Shown here in pieces: positions 26,735 through 42,625 of a stretch of 64,000 bases of DNA. Positions within the stretch are counted from its first letter, which is position 1; each line of letters starts with the position of its first letter. The position numbers and the translations under genes were made by a program. The stretch comes from the human T2T-CHM13v2.0 reference genome, Homo sapiens. The stretch lies in the NCBI RefSeq assembly GCF_009914755.1, contig NC_060931.1; one strand, 5' to 3'. The notes under the pieces were generated by a model. It saw only the letters and a list, made by a program, of their open reading frames with translations, was not told the origin of the DNA and made no database searches.

Positions 26735-29700
26735 TATTGGCTCTGATAGTTACTCCCTCACTTATCCCTTTAATATCCATCCCTGTTCATTATACCACTT
26801 TCCTTTATTAAGTATACTCTCTAAAACTGCTCAATATTAGAATAACTAGATTTCTTTAAGATTAAAGAAAACCACTGGACAGTAAAAGTTAGATGTCAAA
26901 CTGATAGTAAAAATTTAAAGTCCAAGGGCATTCCTTGTTCTTTTCAAAATGCACTTCCACACATTGCAAGGCAATCAATTTTCTTGATTCTGATGTTGAA
27001 TACTTCTCAAGCAATTAACTGGCAAACTTCTGGAAAAAATAATAATAATAAGTTTTACTCAGGGTTAAGAGTTAGAAATATGAAATGACACCATCTCTGG
27101 GAAGCAAATCCCTTTTATACATGCAGCCCAATTTTTAAAAAAAAATCACTGGGAAAAAATTAGCTTGTATTCACCTAAATACAATTAAAGCAGGATCATG
27201 TTACAAGGAAATCAGTCCTTGCCCACCCCCCCCCCACCGCAAACCCCCACCCATCATTTTTTGTTTGTTTTTGTGAAATGGAAAAAAAATAAATAAAACA
27301 GTGATAAAAATCACAGGACACCACATTCTCTAACCACCAAAATCCAGTACCTGGGAAGGAGAATTGACAGCATTCTGTTTCCACCTTAAAACCAGCACTG
27401 TTGAAGGTTGGCTGAGGATCTCACCTACTGCACAGAAGTGGCACACTAGGAGTTAACTTCCTCACTAGTAGCCTGGCCTGGGGCTGCTTCTCCACCAGGA
27501 GGACACTTGCTGGTTTCAATTCTCTCTTGAGAATTAGTCTCTGCTACTATTGCAAATTAACTCTTTCTAAGACTTTCTTTGCACAAAGGCAGGCTCTATT
27601 ACAGTCAAAGCAAATAGATGTGAAAGGGTATTGACTTGATGGCTCCAGAAATTAAATCTTTTGAAGCCTCATTAAACAGCTAAATAATAATAATAATTAA
27701 TAATAAAAATAAAAGATATCCCAGGGTTACAGTGAAAATTACTGAAAGGCAGGGTAAAAAAGGAGAAAGATAGAAGTATAAACAGGAGGAAAATAAATCC
27801 CTACAACAAAAATGAATCATGAGTCTTAATCAGTAAATTCCTTTTGGCATTAAAATGGAAGGAGTAATACTGAATATATTGCAAATAGAGAAAACTATTA
27901 TTTACATCCTTTTTTTGGATCATAACGATGCTGATGACCCACTGACTAAAGAATTTGAGGGTAATTATTTTCCAAACCCTGGAATAGAGGTATTTGTGTT
28001 GAGCTATAGCACACTCTCTAAGGGTGAAATGACCAGGGAAATGAGTTCTTAAAGGTGGGAATGCAGACAGATGTTTGGGAGCCAAGTGGTTTTCTGATTA
28101 AACCATGTCCTTGGCTTCATCAGCCATATCCTCCAACCCACTAAACCAAAAACCCAGAGTTATACATATGATACAACAGGATGCTTCCTTCCATGTGAAA
28201 AGATAAAGGAATATACACAGAACCTAAAACTCTTTCCGTCATGGAGTAAGAGAATTATTTATTTCAGTCAAATGACAACATTTATGTTAATTCCAAAGAG
28301 CAAACCATATGTCATCATGTCTTAGTATTGCCAAATGACAAAATTATTGAGTAGCAAATCATTTCTGACTGTATCCTCAAGCCTATAGTTATACAATTTA
28401 AATATTGCAGACCATGCTTGTCCCTGTCTGCAGCATGGTGACCAACCTAGGAAGCCCCAAATCTTGACGTCAGGAACTCCGCAGATGAGCTCTGAGTGTC
28501 CATTGCCAGAAACAAGTTTTCCTATGACCTAACTACATTCCCTCATAGCACATGTCATTAGCTACATGTGCCTCAGGCTTTTTGTGGATTTTACTCAGTA
28601 AATTTAATTCTAATCTAGTTAGCCACTCTTGTCAACAATCTATGGTTTTGGAAGGCCTCCTCCACCAACTGCAGTTGGTGTGTGCCAAAGGAATGCAAGC
28701 TAATTTTACCTAAGCTAAAGCAAAACATAATTAGGGAATTAAATCTGCTATGTAGGAAGCAAGCCAAAGCGAAACATAAATAATTATCATAATCACTCCA
28801 AGCCCCTTTTAATACAACCTTTAACTGGGAACTGTATCTGTTCATTCAATTGCTGAAATAATGTACAAATATAAGATTTGACTGCAAGGTTAGAGCCACA
28901 TTAAGAAAATCATCCCCCGGTACAGTCACTCTAAGAACAGAAACCAGCTAATACCAAACAATGAAGTAGTGTTGGTTCCATTCTCTTGCATGGTTTTTAC
29001 ATTTTAAATCATTAGTTGTTGGTTTGGATGCTTATCTGCAGAAGTCATTTACAAGAGTAAATTTTAGTGCAGAAAGATGTTTTAGTGCAATACCATTATG
29101 GAAAAACAATTTTAACAAAAAAAAAAATCTGGCCTGCTCTTGCCCCTTATCCACCTGAATTGGAAATGGACCTGAATATTTCTGTTTATTCAGCCTCTTT
29201 AGCAAACTCACAAGCCTGCAGTATATAGTTACTAGGCAATCATTAAAGCAGGGGTGTTTATACCATTAGGCATTACTCATAGTGGAGCTTCATTTATCTT
29301 AGAAAGTTTAAAAACTATATAAATATGTTGTGAGATCAGGCCCTTTTCTCCTCTGATTAGAAGTGTGGATCCAGCTGCAAAACCACAGCTGAGATTTTTC
29401 TTTCACTTGGGGATATGCACTGTTCAACACAAAAGGAAATTTAGTGTTCGAAGAATTAATAAGAACACTAAAGATGTTATCTTTTGATTTTAATAAATAT
29501 GCATATGGCATTTATGATTGACTCAGTGAGGATTTACTTAGGATACAAAAAGCAGGAGAAAAGCTATACATGTGTAACTCTCCTGTGTCAAATTGTGAAA
29601 TAAACCAATACATTAACACTTCCTAGACAATCATAATCAATTGTCATATACCAAATTAATAGAGTTTCAAATACATTTGGAATTTTTGAGATGTAAATTT

Positions 29701-30688
29701 CACCTTACCCTGCCTCAAATCTCACTTGATGACAATAGTTTGTGGCTGTTTTTTTTTGTCCATCAAGACTTTTTTTATTAATCCAAATTAGTTGGGGTTA
29801 TTTAAAAATCACCTGGAAATGTGATGACATTATTTGAAAATATAAAAATATATATAGTAGGGGCTGTTCAATTAACCAATAAGTATACAATATAATTTAA
29901 TTTATAATATTTATAAAACAATGTCATGGCTAGACTTGAAGGATTAATTTATTTCACTTGATTCAAGAACTGAAGGGAAAAAAATGCGTTGGTATTGCTA
30001 TTTTCATTCTGGGGAAGGTGAAGTTACTTGTAGAATAATAAGGAAAAATACTTCTAACACACCATCATTAAGGTTTAAGCAGCTTGAAATGTTTTATTCT
30101 GGCAATTAAAGAAAAATTTAACTACTGAAAATGTTTTATGCTAGCAATACAATAAATATTTTTTTTTCTTATGGCAAAAGATAAATAGCCACATACTGGT
30201 CATTACTATCATAATCATCTTGACAACCTCACTCACTATCTGTTTCAGCATTAACATCTTTATTAAGAATCAGTTCAGTTGGGATGTATTTTACCACTAC
30301 TTTTTCCTCCCTTTGACATCTGTTAAGGACCTCACTTTGTTGGCTTGCAGCCTCCACCGCCCGACAATTGATCATCCAAAGGACACCATGCCATCTGATT
30401 CACAAAACACATTTGCTTGACACTTTTCTGCCTTGACCAGCCCCCCATCCTCACCCAATGTGGCCATGGATGCCGTTAGAATGGTGATGGGGAACCCCAC
30501 TCCCAGACTTTAAAATTTGAGGTGGCAGCAGATTAGGAATTGAACTGAACCTGCTAAACACTACCTGACTTTGAATAGTGGGTAAAGGCACCCCATATTG
30601 AAATACCACATTGCATTGTTCTATTTTCTGTACAGAAACATTTCTAGACCTATAGAAGAAAACATAACCAGAATCATAGTTTTGTGGG

Positions 30689-30982
<294 letters not shown>

Positions 30983-30991
30983 AGTTTTGTG

Positions 30992-31311
30992 TTTTTATTT
31001 TATTTTTATTTTTATTTATTTAAGAGAAGGTCTTGCTCTGCTACCTAGGCTGGAGTGCAGTGATGTGACTATGGCTCACTGCAGCCTCAACCTCCCGGGC
31101 TAAAGAGACCCTCCTACCTCAGCCTCCTGAATAGCTAGGACCACAGGTGTGTGCCACCATACTTGGATAATTTTTTTTTCTTTTTTCTTTTGGTTGAGAC
31201 AGGGTCTTACTATGTTGCCCAGGCTGATCTCAAACTCCTGGGCTGAAGCCATCATTCCATCTCAGATTCCCAAAGTTCTGGGATTACAGGTATGAACCAT
31301 TGTGCCTGGCC
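30992..31311 (-). mobile_element. AluJ
   Basis: J-type GCTCACTGCAGCCTCAACCTCC..CTCCTGGGCT. Outer TSD CAGAATCATAG / CAGAATTGTAG encloses both Alus. Confidence 0.9.
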
Positions 31312-31763
31312 CAGAATTGTAGATTTAAACATAAGCAGTAAAGAAACAAAGCTCCTAGAAGAAAAATATTTTCATGAACTTGTAATCAGAACATAAGTTC
31401 TTAATTTTAATGTTATCCAACTTATCTTTATCTTGTATTGTTAGTGTTTTTTGTGTCCTGTTTATGAAATTTTTGCTCAGCTCCTAAGTCACCGAGAGGC
31501 TGTTTTCTGCCGGTTTTCTTAGAGTCTCATCCCACACAGGCCCAGCTTAGAATTCTGCCTAATATTGAGAGGAAATTGCATGCATGCTTTTTGGGCTCTT
31601 TTTCTGAAGTGTCTTCCTCCTCTGGAGCTTTCTCCTTCAAGTCCGAGACTCCTGGGCAATTACCAAGGCCTGAGCCCTCTCTCCTTAGCCCAGTAAAAGT
31701 CATCTTTATTCCCCAACTGCCCCATTCCCATCCTAGCTCTTCCCTCAAGAACCATAGCTTTTA

Positions 31764-32190
<427 letters not shown>

Positions 32191-32978
32191 CTAGCTTCTC
32201 TGTCATAACCAGAACTGAAAACCACACTTACTTTTAGAGAGTGTTTATAACAAAACTTCCTAATGTTTCCTTGCCTAATTGGATTATAAACAGGACTGTA
32301 TTATTTGTTTTTGTATCCTGGGAGTGGGGTGAACCTAGCTTAGACTCTATTTGCCATTGACAAATAGAGCCCAGGCACGAATCTGCTACCTCATCTGTGG
32401 TTGACATGAAAAACCAGGCTGGCAATAAAGGATCACATTGCATTCATGAAATATAATACATAATACATATAGAAAAAAACCATCTCAAATGTGAAGATTC
32501 TAGTACATTCTGAAAACTTTTGGCAGATTTTCTGAACTTTAAGGTCAAATGAAGATTGGTGGGTCTGTAAGAACATTAACTCTACACTTGTAATATCTGA
32601 CACTGAACCCAACACATAACAAGCAATCAAGAAATGTTTATTCAGATTAATTGAATGGAAGAGATATGTGGATAGATGGAAAGATAGATGACTAAATGGA
32701 TCAAGTAAATATTACTCCTTTCTTACCTTCTCTCATGAGCCCCTTTGACATTGCAGTGAAGCCTATGGATTTCTTCTCAGAAAAAGGTTTTAAATACATA
32801 AAATAAAACACATAAGCTCTTAAAGGAAACAATTATATTAAAATCCAGTGATCAAAATTCTGCATATAAAAAACAAATTTATAATGTAGTAATGGAAGTG
32901 TTTCTTTATTAGCACAGTAAATAAGATATAGTGGTGAACTCCATAATTAATATAATTTTGAAGTTTCCATATTTGTAA

Positions 32979-33270
32979 TTTTTTTTTTTTGAGACAGAGT
33001 CTCACTTTGTTGTCCAGACTGTAGTGCAGTGGAGTGATCTCAGCTCACTGCAACCTCAGCTTCTGGGTTTAAGCAGTTTTCCCATTCAGCCTCCCAAGTA
33101 GCTGGAACTAAAGGTTTCTGCCACCATGCCCAGCTGATTTCTGGATTTTTAGTAGAGGGGGGTTTCATCTTGTTGACCGGGCTGGTCTTGAACTCCTGAC
33201 TTCAAGTGATTTGCCTGCCACAGCCTCCCAGAGTGCTGGGATTACAGACGTGAGCCACTGCACCAGACCC
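32979..33270 (-). mobile_element. Alu (S-type), inserted within an older DNA-transposon remnant
   Basis: Antisense dimer with poly(T). Confidence 0.9.
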
Positions 33271-33639
33271 CATGATTGTAAATTATATTTTGAGATATCT
33301 GCGACCATATCAAGATTTAAACATATCTGTGACTTCTACTATGACACAGTCCCAGGTACTACAAGGTCTCTTATGGCCTGTTGCCTTAAGTTATAATTGA
33401 AATAAATGCTCACTACGAGAGGTTAGTAAACATGAAAATATTTAATTTTAATTTTTAAAAAAGTTTATGTTTAAAAAAATTTCATGTTTATAAAATGTAC
33501 ATATTAAATATATTACTTAAATTGTTTTGAGAGATTAAAATTTAGATGTGATAGGCCAATTAGGGTATGCTAAGTAAGAGAGAGCTTAGAAGATCACTAA
33601 ATGCTCTGGCCTCCAAACAAATACAACTCAGGTTGCATG

Positions 33640-33850
33640 CTCTAGAGTAGTGGTTAAATTCGAGGTTACATTATTAAAACCTCTTTCTAGCTGTGTGACC
33701 TTGGACAAGTATTACGTCTCAGTTATCTCTTCGGTTAAGTGGTAATCATAATGGCTCTTATCTCTACAGGGTTGTTGAGAGGATTACATTAACTCATTTA
33801 AAGCACTTAGAATAGCGCCTGGCCCCCAGTAAGTTTTGGCTCTTATTACC
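33640..33850. mobile_element. MIR SINE
   Basis: CTAGCTGTGTGACCTTGGACAAGTT..GGGTTGTTGAGAGGATT..AAAGCACTTAGAATAG. Confidence 0.75.
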
Positions 33851-34222
33851 ATTTTCATGCTCTTCATATACCTATTAAATAATTAACAATCACTCTAATA
33901 CACATGGAGTTTCAGAAACAAGTAACTTGTTGAATTAATAAAAATGATTCTACAACTACACAACAGTCCCAACAAGGATATTTGTATAAATTTTTAATTT
34001 TAAACCAAATATTCCATGATTTTAGATTAAATATTAAAACTCTCAATACGTGCTTACCATAGTCTTAATAGAGAAACTCAGGATGACTCATATAAATTGG
34101 AAAGTCACTGCCATTTTGTGGACTGCTGGGTGAGTGAGAGCATCAGTGGGTGCTGGGGCAGAGGGAAGTGGGAAGATGAATCGGAGGGTGTAGATTTGAG
34201 CCTGTACATTTTTACCCTAAAT

Positions 34223-34565
34223 CTACAGTCACCAACCTTTTTGGCACCAGGAACCAGTTTTATGGAAGACAGTTGTTCACAGGGGTGGGTGGGGGATGGT
34301 TTCATGGATGAAACTCTTTCACCTTGGATTATCAGGCATTAGTTAGCATCTCATAAGAAGCCCGCAACCTAGATCCCTTGCATGCTCAGTTCACAATAGG
34401 GTTGGTACTCCTATGAGAATCTAATACTGTGGCTGATCTGACAGGAAGCGGAGCTCAGGTGGTAATGCTTGCTTGCTTGATGGCCACTCACCTCCTGCTG
34501 TGCTGCCCAGTTCCTAACAGGCCATGGACCAGTACTGGTAAGCACCCAGGCTGTGGGAACCCTTT
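34223..34565 (+). mobile_element. MER1B (hAT-Charlie MITE)
   Basis: Matches the MER1B consensus (..CCAACCTTTTTGGCACCAGG..CCTATGAGAATCTAAT..). 8-bp TSD CCCTAAAT (34215-34222) / CCCTAGAT (34566-34573). Confidence 0.9.
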
Positions 34566-34797
34566 CCCTAGATCTGGAAATACATCATGGTTCCTGTCCA
34601 TTGGACAGTAAAGTTTATATAGTTAGTCTTTGAAACAATGGCAAAAAGACCAAATTGGAACAGGCTTTAGGCTACTACAGACCACTCTGAAGTGTGTGGG
34701 TTGCTTTTCTTGAATTTGGAGAGCCCCGAGATGCAGCTGATGCTGTCTGACAGCTCAATGGAAGAACACTCTGTGACTACCATGTCGGAGGGGAACT

Positions 34798-35287
<490 letters not shown>

Positions 35288-35889
35288 CTAGAAACAGAAG
35301 AAGAGAGAGACCACTGTCTTGGGAGAGAAATCACAAGCTGTCCTGATCCTTCTCTAGGTCTCATAGCAGATCTGCGTCAAATGAAAGGAAATACAAGACC
35401 AGTTTGCAAGAGAAGAGGTGTACAGGAAACTACTTCATTTGACAGGAGTATATACAGAAAATTCAAGTTTTATTTGAGACTTCTTAAACTTGTTTCATTT
35501 TAAAGATGTTTTAGTTGTTCAAATTTGTCTCTTGAAACAGCGACACACAAAGGTGTAATTCTCTATGGTTTGAAATGGATCATAAGATACATGAAATACC
35601 AAGAATTGTTACTTTACAATGTTCCCTTAAGCAAAATTGAGTTTGCTTTGAACTTTACACATAGACTGATAATAAACCTCTAAATCCTGCCCAGCAGAAG
35701 TGTGATTTTTTTTTTTAACACAGAAACAACTGGCAAAAATTGAAGTAAGATTTACTTTTTTTTTTCATAGCTAGAATACAGTATGCAGCTAAGTTGCACA
35801 AGCAGGCTTTAAAAGCTGCTGTGAAACACAAGCCATCAGGTAAAAAGAAACGCTGCAGTATTAAGTTAGAGGTTTTTAAAAAATCCAAC

Positions 35890-36177
35890 GGAAGTCCAAA
35901 ATCAAGATGCTGGCACATATGGTTCCTGGTGAGAGCCCTCTTCCTAGCTTATAGATGGCCAGCTTCCTGCTGCATGCTCACATGGCCTTTCCTCAGTGCA
36001 TGTGCAGAGAGAAAGATTTTTCTCTTCTGCCACCCACTAATAGTAGAACCATAAGGACTCCACCTTCACAACCTAATCTAACTCTAGTTACTTCTCAAAG
36101 GCTTCTCCAAATATCATTACATCCAGGGTAAGGGCTTCACATATGAATATTAGGAGGACATAATCATTCAGTCCTAC
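35890..36177 (-). mobile_element. MLT1A/B-like MaLR LTR fragment
   Basis: GGAAGTCCAAAATCAAGATGCTGGC..GGTTCCTGGTGAG..CATATGAAT..ATTCAGTCC. Confidence 0.75.
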
Positions 36178-36469
36178 AAGATTCAAGGTCATTTCTGTAC
36201 CATCTCATTCACTTGATGTTGAACAAGCTGTAATGGGTCTGAGAAAAAGGAGATTCACAGCCAGCCCATCATGAATTGTGCAAAGCTTGTCCCATGTTTT
36301 ATTTATGCCCGTGGTGTACCCTACATGCAAACATTTTCCAACAATGTTGCAGGGCCCGGCCCGGAATCAGCCACACTACACAACTCCAGGGGGTGCCGCT
36401 CATCTGGTAGTCTATGTAAATGGTATTCTCATGCTCCACAGAAGTCTGAATAGGAAAACTCAGAAAACA

Positions 36470-36690
36470 CTGGTATGGTGAAAGTCCAAGGGACTTGGTC
36501 TTGAAGACCTGTTTGAGCATGATTTCTCTGTGATCTGACTCAAGTCACTAATCTTCAGTGAGTCTAGTTTTGTCTCTATGAAATGGGAATGATAATTTCA
36601 ATACTCACTTTACAGGGTTGTTGTGAGGATTAGATGAGATTAATATGGACAAGTGCTTGAATGCTGAAAAGAGCTGCACAAGTAGTATTA
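36470..36690. mobile_element. MIR SINE
   Basis: CAAGTCACT..TATGAAATGGGAATGATAAT..CAGGGTTGTTGTGAGGATTAGATGAG. Confidence 0.7.
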
Positions 36691-38101
36691 TGGGCTTGAT
36701 TTACCTTCCAGCCCTCACATTCAAGGGTTCTTTCAGTTGGATATAGACAGCCTCATCACTAAGAAACCCCAACAGCCCTTAGTTGGGTCAGACCATGTTG
36801 GAATTTCTGTTCTATATACACACATTTCTGAGCTCTTTATTAAGGAAATGCCTCTGGAGTTTAAGTATAGAAGGAGTTTCTCTTTCCCTCATTACCACAT
36901 TTTTCAAAAAGTGAAATTTCTTCTGTCAAAACACATCAAGATACCATGGTGACAATTGCTATAGAAATGCTAGATTTGGAAAGAAATGAAGAGATTTCTT
37001 TTCTGTTTCCTGCTATCCATGTTTAACAGTCTAAATCAAACCCATGCTAGCTACAAGACTGAAAGTGACTGTTTGCCCCATATATCTTGACCACACTCCC
37101 TGCTCCAAACCTTAAATTCTCACTTCTTAAGGCCTTTCAGAGGTTGTGCATGAAATTAAGTCTTAGCGTAGCATTATCTGAGACACAGAGAAATTGGATG
37201 GCATTAGCAGAGTTTTTTCTTTTTAATTATCCACTTGAATGTAGATCACAGAGTCATTGTATTAAATGATTATAAGGACCATGTGTATAAGATATCTGAA
37301 TAAGGCTGGCTAGGGTGTAAGACAATAGGGAATGATAAAGACTTGAACCAACAGCAGGGCATAGGCTCTGTCCAACTAAAGGGGAAAAAAATCCTCACAC
37401 TAAGTCAAAAATATACAGACCTAGTGATGTTAGAACTTCTAATTTTTTAAGAGAAGAAAGAAATCAAATATTTATGTGATATTTCCTAATATAAAAAATA
37501 TATCTGCAAGTCAAAGCTGCCCATGGCTGCCAGTTTTCAACCACTGATCAATGGATGCCTTAAATCCAGAAATTATCTCCTTCTATCCTTAACACACAGA
37601 AAAATGAAAGCATGCTAAATGTGGGTTCCAAGGTATCCCCACTGAGTAAGTCCCTTTTGGAGCCTAAACAGTTGCAAATTTTAATAGGCAGTCCAGGAGT
37701 TTCATCTAGAGATCATTCAGGGACCCCTTTTGGGATAAACTGCTGGAGACAGCAAGCTCCTGCAAGCTACTATCTATCTTTGTTTCCCTTGAGCCTAGCA
37801 CATTGCCAAGCATGAGAAGTTTTAGGAGTGAATGAATGCTTCCATATCCTAGTGCTGTATCATATCACTAGTAGATATTTAATAAAAAAGATATAATTGT
37901 CCTTGAGTAGCAAGGCCCCCAAGATACAAGATGCTAAGCAAATAGAGGGAAATAAATTTGGATTGGAGTAAGGGAGAAGGGTAAGGATTGTGGAACACGG
38001 GACATTATGTGGAGAGGGCAGGCCTGAGAGTGGCCCACAGTGGGTGACTGAGCCCATAACATCTAAAGGGCTCTAAGGCACTGAGAAATGTTTATAGGCA
38101 C

Positions 38102-38602
38102 CAAGAAAAAAAGGTTATTATATGAAAAAGACACTTGCAAATCCATGTTTATAGCAGCACAATTTTTAATTGCAAAAGTATGGAACCAGCCTAAAGGTCC
38201 ATCAACCAACGAGTGGATAAAGAAAATATGATATATATCCACCATGGAATACTACTCAGCCATAAAAAGGAATGAAATAATGGCATTCACAGCAACCTAG
38301 ATGGAGTTGAAGACCGTTATGCTAAGTGAAGTAATGCAGGAATGGAAAACCAAACATCGTATGTTCTCACTTATAAGTGGGAGCTAAGCTATGAGGACAC
38401 AAAGGCATAAGAATGATATAATGGACTCTGGGGACTTGGGCAGAAGTATGGGAGCAGGGTGAGGGATAAAAGACTACACATTGGGTACACTATACACTGC
38501 TTGGGTGATGGGTGCACCAAAATCTCAAAAATCACCACTGAAGAACTTTTCCATGCAACCAAACACCACCTGTTCTTCCAAAACTATCGGAATCAAAAAA
38601 AG
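38102..38602 (+). mobile_element. L1 3' end (L1PB/late L1PA-type), 5'-truncated
   Basis: ORF2 end and 3'UTR: ATGGAATACTACTCAGCCATAAAAAGGAATGAAAT..GTTCTCACTTATAAGTGGGAGCTAAG..GGGTGATGGGTGCACCAAAATCTCA, plus A tail. Confidence 0.9.
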
Positions 38603-39294
38603 TATCTGTTTCACCACAATAGCAAAGTTTCAAACAGTGGAAAATAATCAGGCCCTGAAACTGTAACAATGACTATTTATCTTTGTCTTTTTATTTGTAA
38701 AAATTATGGTGGTTAACAAAATACATCTGTGAATTAAGGACAAATAGTAATAGAACTCTCTCAATCAAAATATAATAAATGTTGATATTTTAATTCTAAC
38801 TCTAGATTTTCCTATCTTAATTTCCCTTGCAACTCATTTATACATTCCTCTAATTATCTTTAGAGTGAATCACAAAATGTCATGTATGTAAAAGTAACTA
38901 TGCAGCAATATTTCCTGCTTCTCAGGAGAGGAGTGGTGAATTTTTAATCAATGTTGACTTTGGAACAACATTGTGAAAAATGTTTAAAAGGATTAGACTT
39001 TTCCAAATTAATTATTTTGAGGGCCAATATAGTAAAAGTGATAAGAAAAGGATGTAATAAAAGCAATATGCAATTGCTTTCAGCATGTTCTTACTTATTA
39101 TAAGAATCCCCCATTCCCCACCTTCTTTTTACGGAAATAAAGTCCTTTCCCCCCGTCTGTCTCCAGGACCTGGCTGGGTAATCATTTGAAGTTTGCACAG
39201 CCTGGGTCTCTCAACTCCAATACCTTCAACCTCCCTGTTACCCTCTTGGAATTGATCTCGTTTTGCCTTGTGACGTTATTTGACTGTTTAAAAT

Positions 39295-39512
39295 AGGTGT
39301 TGGCAACCTTTTTCTGTAAAGTGCCAGGGCTAAATATTTTAGGCTTGTGGGCTAAGCAGCCTCTGTCTCAACTATTCATCTCTGCCTTGCCATGTGAGAG
39401 CACCCATAAATGTAAACGAAAGGGTGTGGCTGTGTTCCAATACAACTTTATTTACAAAAACAGGTGTTGGGCCAGATTTGTCTTGTGGGCCACATTGTGC
39501 CTATACCTGTTC
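39295..39512. mobile_element. MER58A
   Basis: GGTGTTGGCAACCTTTTTCTGTAAAG..GTGGCTGTGTTCCAATACAACTTTATTTACAAAAACAGG. Confidence 0.8.
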
Positions 39513-39699
39513 TAATACAAAATTATGTACTTGTTGCATCATTTACAATAATATCTTATCTTCCCAAATACAGTGTAAGTTTCTTGCAGACAGGAAAGTC
39601 TATATTCTGTTTTTGCAACACCTGTAGAACTTAGTGACAATGTTTGGATCATTATATGATCTTGATGAATGTTCATTGACTATAAGCTAATTGTTTTAT

Positions 39700-39721
39700 T
39701 GTGTGTGTGTGTGTGTGTGTG
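39700..39721. repeat. (TG)n microsatellite followed by G-runs
   Basis: Directly visible. Confidence 0.9.
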
Positions 39722-41289
39722 CGGGGGGGCGGGGGTGGAGTTTGGTAAGGAAAAGCATCATAAAATGATGGAATTTTTGAATGGAGAAGACCTTGTCTGT
39801 CACCTATCCTTGGAAGTGAAACTAAGGCCAAGATGGGCTTATTATTTTGGATATACAGCAGGTCACATGTTATCTCTCCAAATATAAATGCAGCTCTAGG
39901 GATCCCAACTTTATCAGCCTTCTATTAACATCCAAATGAAATAATTTCAGCTCCATCTACACAACTATGGTATGTCCAGTCCCTGCCTTTATATTCTCAA
40001 AGATTTCCTAGAGGTATTTTCAGTTCCCTGACATTATTCCCTCACTTGCTGCTCTGAATTCTTCCTTTTTGACCCACTTACCCTCAGATCTCACAATGAT
40101 GGCATGATTTGCTTTTTTCTGCTCACTGGAGGATCGATCTGTGCTCAGCTTTTGCCTTAATAAAAAATTTCTCCACATCTCCAACCCAATTCCTCTTTGG
40201 ATAAATTTTAAAATCCAACCCCCTGCTGATTCAGAAATGCATCCTCGCAATCCTGATGAAAATCATCAACATTTATGTATTCACAGCAGCCAAGAGGACG
40301 GTTGAATTTTACTTCTAGGGATTTGAATTATAAAAACAATTGTTTTCCAAAATATCACACTGCATTGTTATGCTAAATATGCTTTTTCTTACTATAAACA
40401 CCTTACACCCACTGTTCTTACTTCCAGAGATTCTAATTTTCATTTTCAAACCCAGAAATCCATGCATCCATGGTGATAATTCCTGAGCCAAAAGATGCTG
40501 AATATAGTTCTAACTCTGGCAGAAAACCCAGGGTAAATTTACAGAGTGAGAAGGCTCAGATTAGAGAGAATGGACAGATTATGGTAACATTCTGCTACTT
40601 TGGGAGTCATATGCAAATCAGGCAGCCAATTTTAGATAGTTCATTAGAGGGAAGTGAAGTATCCTTGGTGTCCCTACTGACAAAGCTTTGATGCATAAAG
40701 TAATCTCAGAGTACGTGCATAATCAAAGATTTAAGATATCCAGCAATAGCAGTAAGGGCTTTCCTCTGAAGAAACAGCACTACAGTGCAGATCAGGGATA
40801 ATAATTTTGTGAGATTTCCAACTGGTTTAATGGAATTGAGGGGTAAAACGGAAAGATGGCCTGGAATGAAGGGCATTCCCCTAGCTATACTTCACTCAGG
40901 ATAATCGTTAAATCCTTATAAAAGTGGATTGGAATACCCAGCACTACCCCACCACACGTTTATTTGCAGTTGTCAAGTAACATGATATTGGAATAAAAAG
41001 TCTCATTCCACAGTGTAGGTTCTCTAATTCTCACCTAATTCTTTTGATAATTCATGAAAGCTTTATAACAGTTACCTATCTAAACTGGAGAACAAAACTG
41101 AGTAATAACGTTTGACCTTTAACAACCTTCATATTATGTCTCCATGTGTTATTATATATTATGTTGGATATTTAGCCTGCATAAATCTTAAACCTCAGAC
41201 AAAACACTAAATGTTGGCTCTTTGATGGCCTTTTATACAACAGAATAAAAGTGCAGTTGAGGCCATGCTCTGTATTCTCCAAATGCCGT

Positions 41290-41620
41290 TTGATCACACA
41301 GGAAGATGGCATTTCCCAGGTCACCAGATAGTTCAGTTGGGGTCATGTAACTAGTTCTGGGTACTTGGCTACAAACAAAGTGACATATATTACTTCCAGC
41401 TGAAGCACAGAACAGTGGTGATCTCTCTTCCCTTGCTCAGGGACCTAGATGTCAACAATTCCAGATGGCAAAGCTATAAGATGGACCCTTGAGTCACTAC
41501 CTGGATGACAAGTGCCTTAGAAAGCTGCCTGGAATGAGAAAAAATGCTCACTGTGTTACACCACTGAGATGTGGGCAGTAATTTGTTACCATAACATCAT
41601 CTAGCCTATCCTGACTAATA
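41290..41620 (+). mobile_element. MLT1 (I/J-like) MaLR LTR
   Basis: CATTTCCCAG..GGGGTCATGTAACTAGTTCTGG..TTTGTTACCATAACATCATCTAGCCTATCCTGACTAATA. Confidence 0.75.
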
Positions 41621-42023
41621 TGCAAACTGACACTGAAAATGAAATAATTAATTTGATATATAAGTTACTGGGAAAAATCATAAAAACAAAATGCAATTAA
41701 ATTTGAATTAGAGAATATGTTAAAAGAAATGCATTCTGTGATATTCGTTATGTAGGGATAATGAACTATGTTAATAAGGAAAATCAAAATAGCTACATTG
41801 CATAAAAATTATCCAAACAATACATTTTTAGAAATTGAAAGTGAATTTAAGAGCTCTTTAAAACTCAATGCCTTTTGTTTAAAAAAGTTACTGACCCTGG
41901 AAAAAATTTATTTTATTCTCAGTGAGGCCCTAAAAATTACAGAAAATACATACAAATATTTATGTCATAAACAATAGGATTGATTTTCATGTGCACATAC
42001 ATTATGTAAATTGAATTACATAG

Positions 42024-42625
<602 letters not shown>

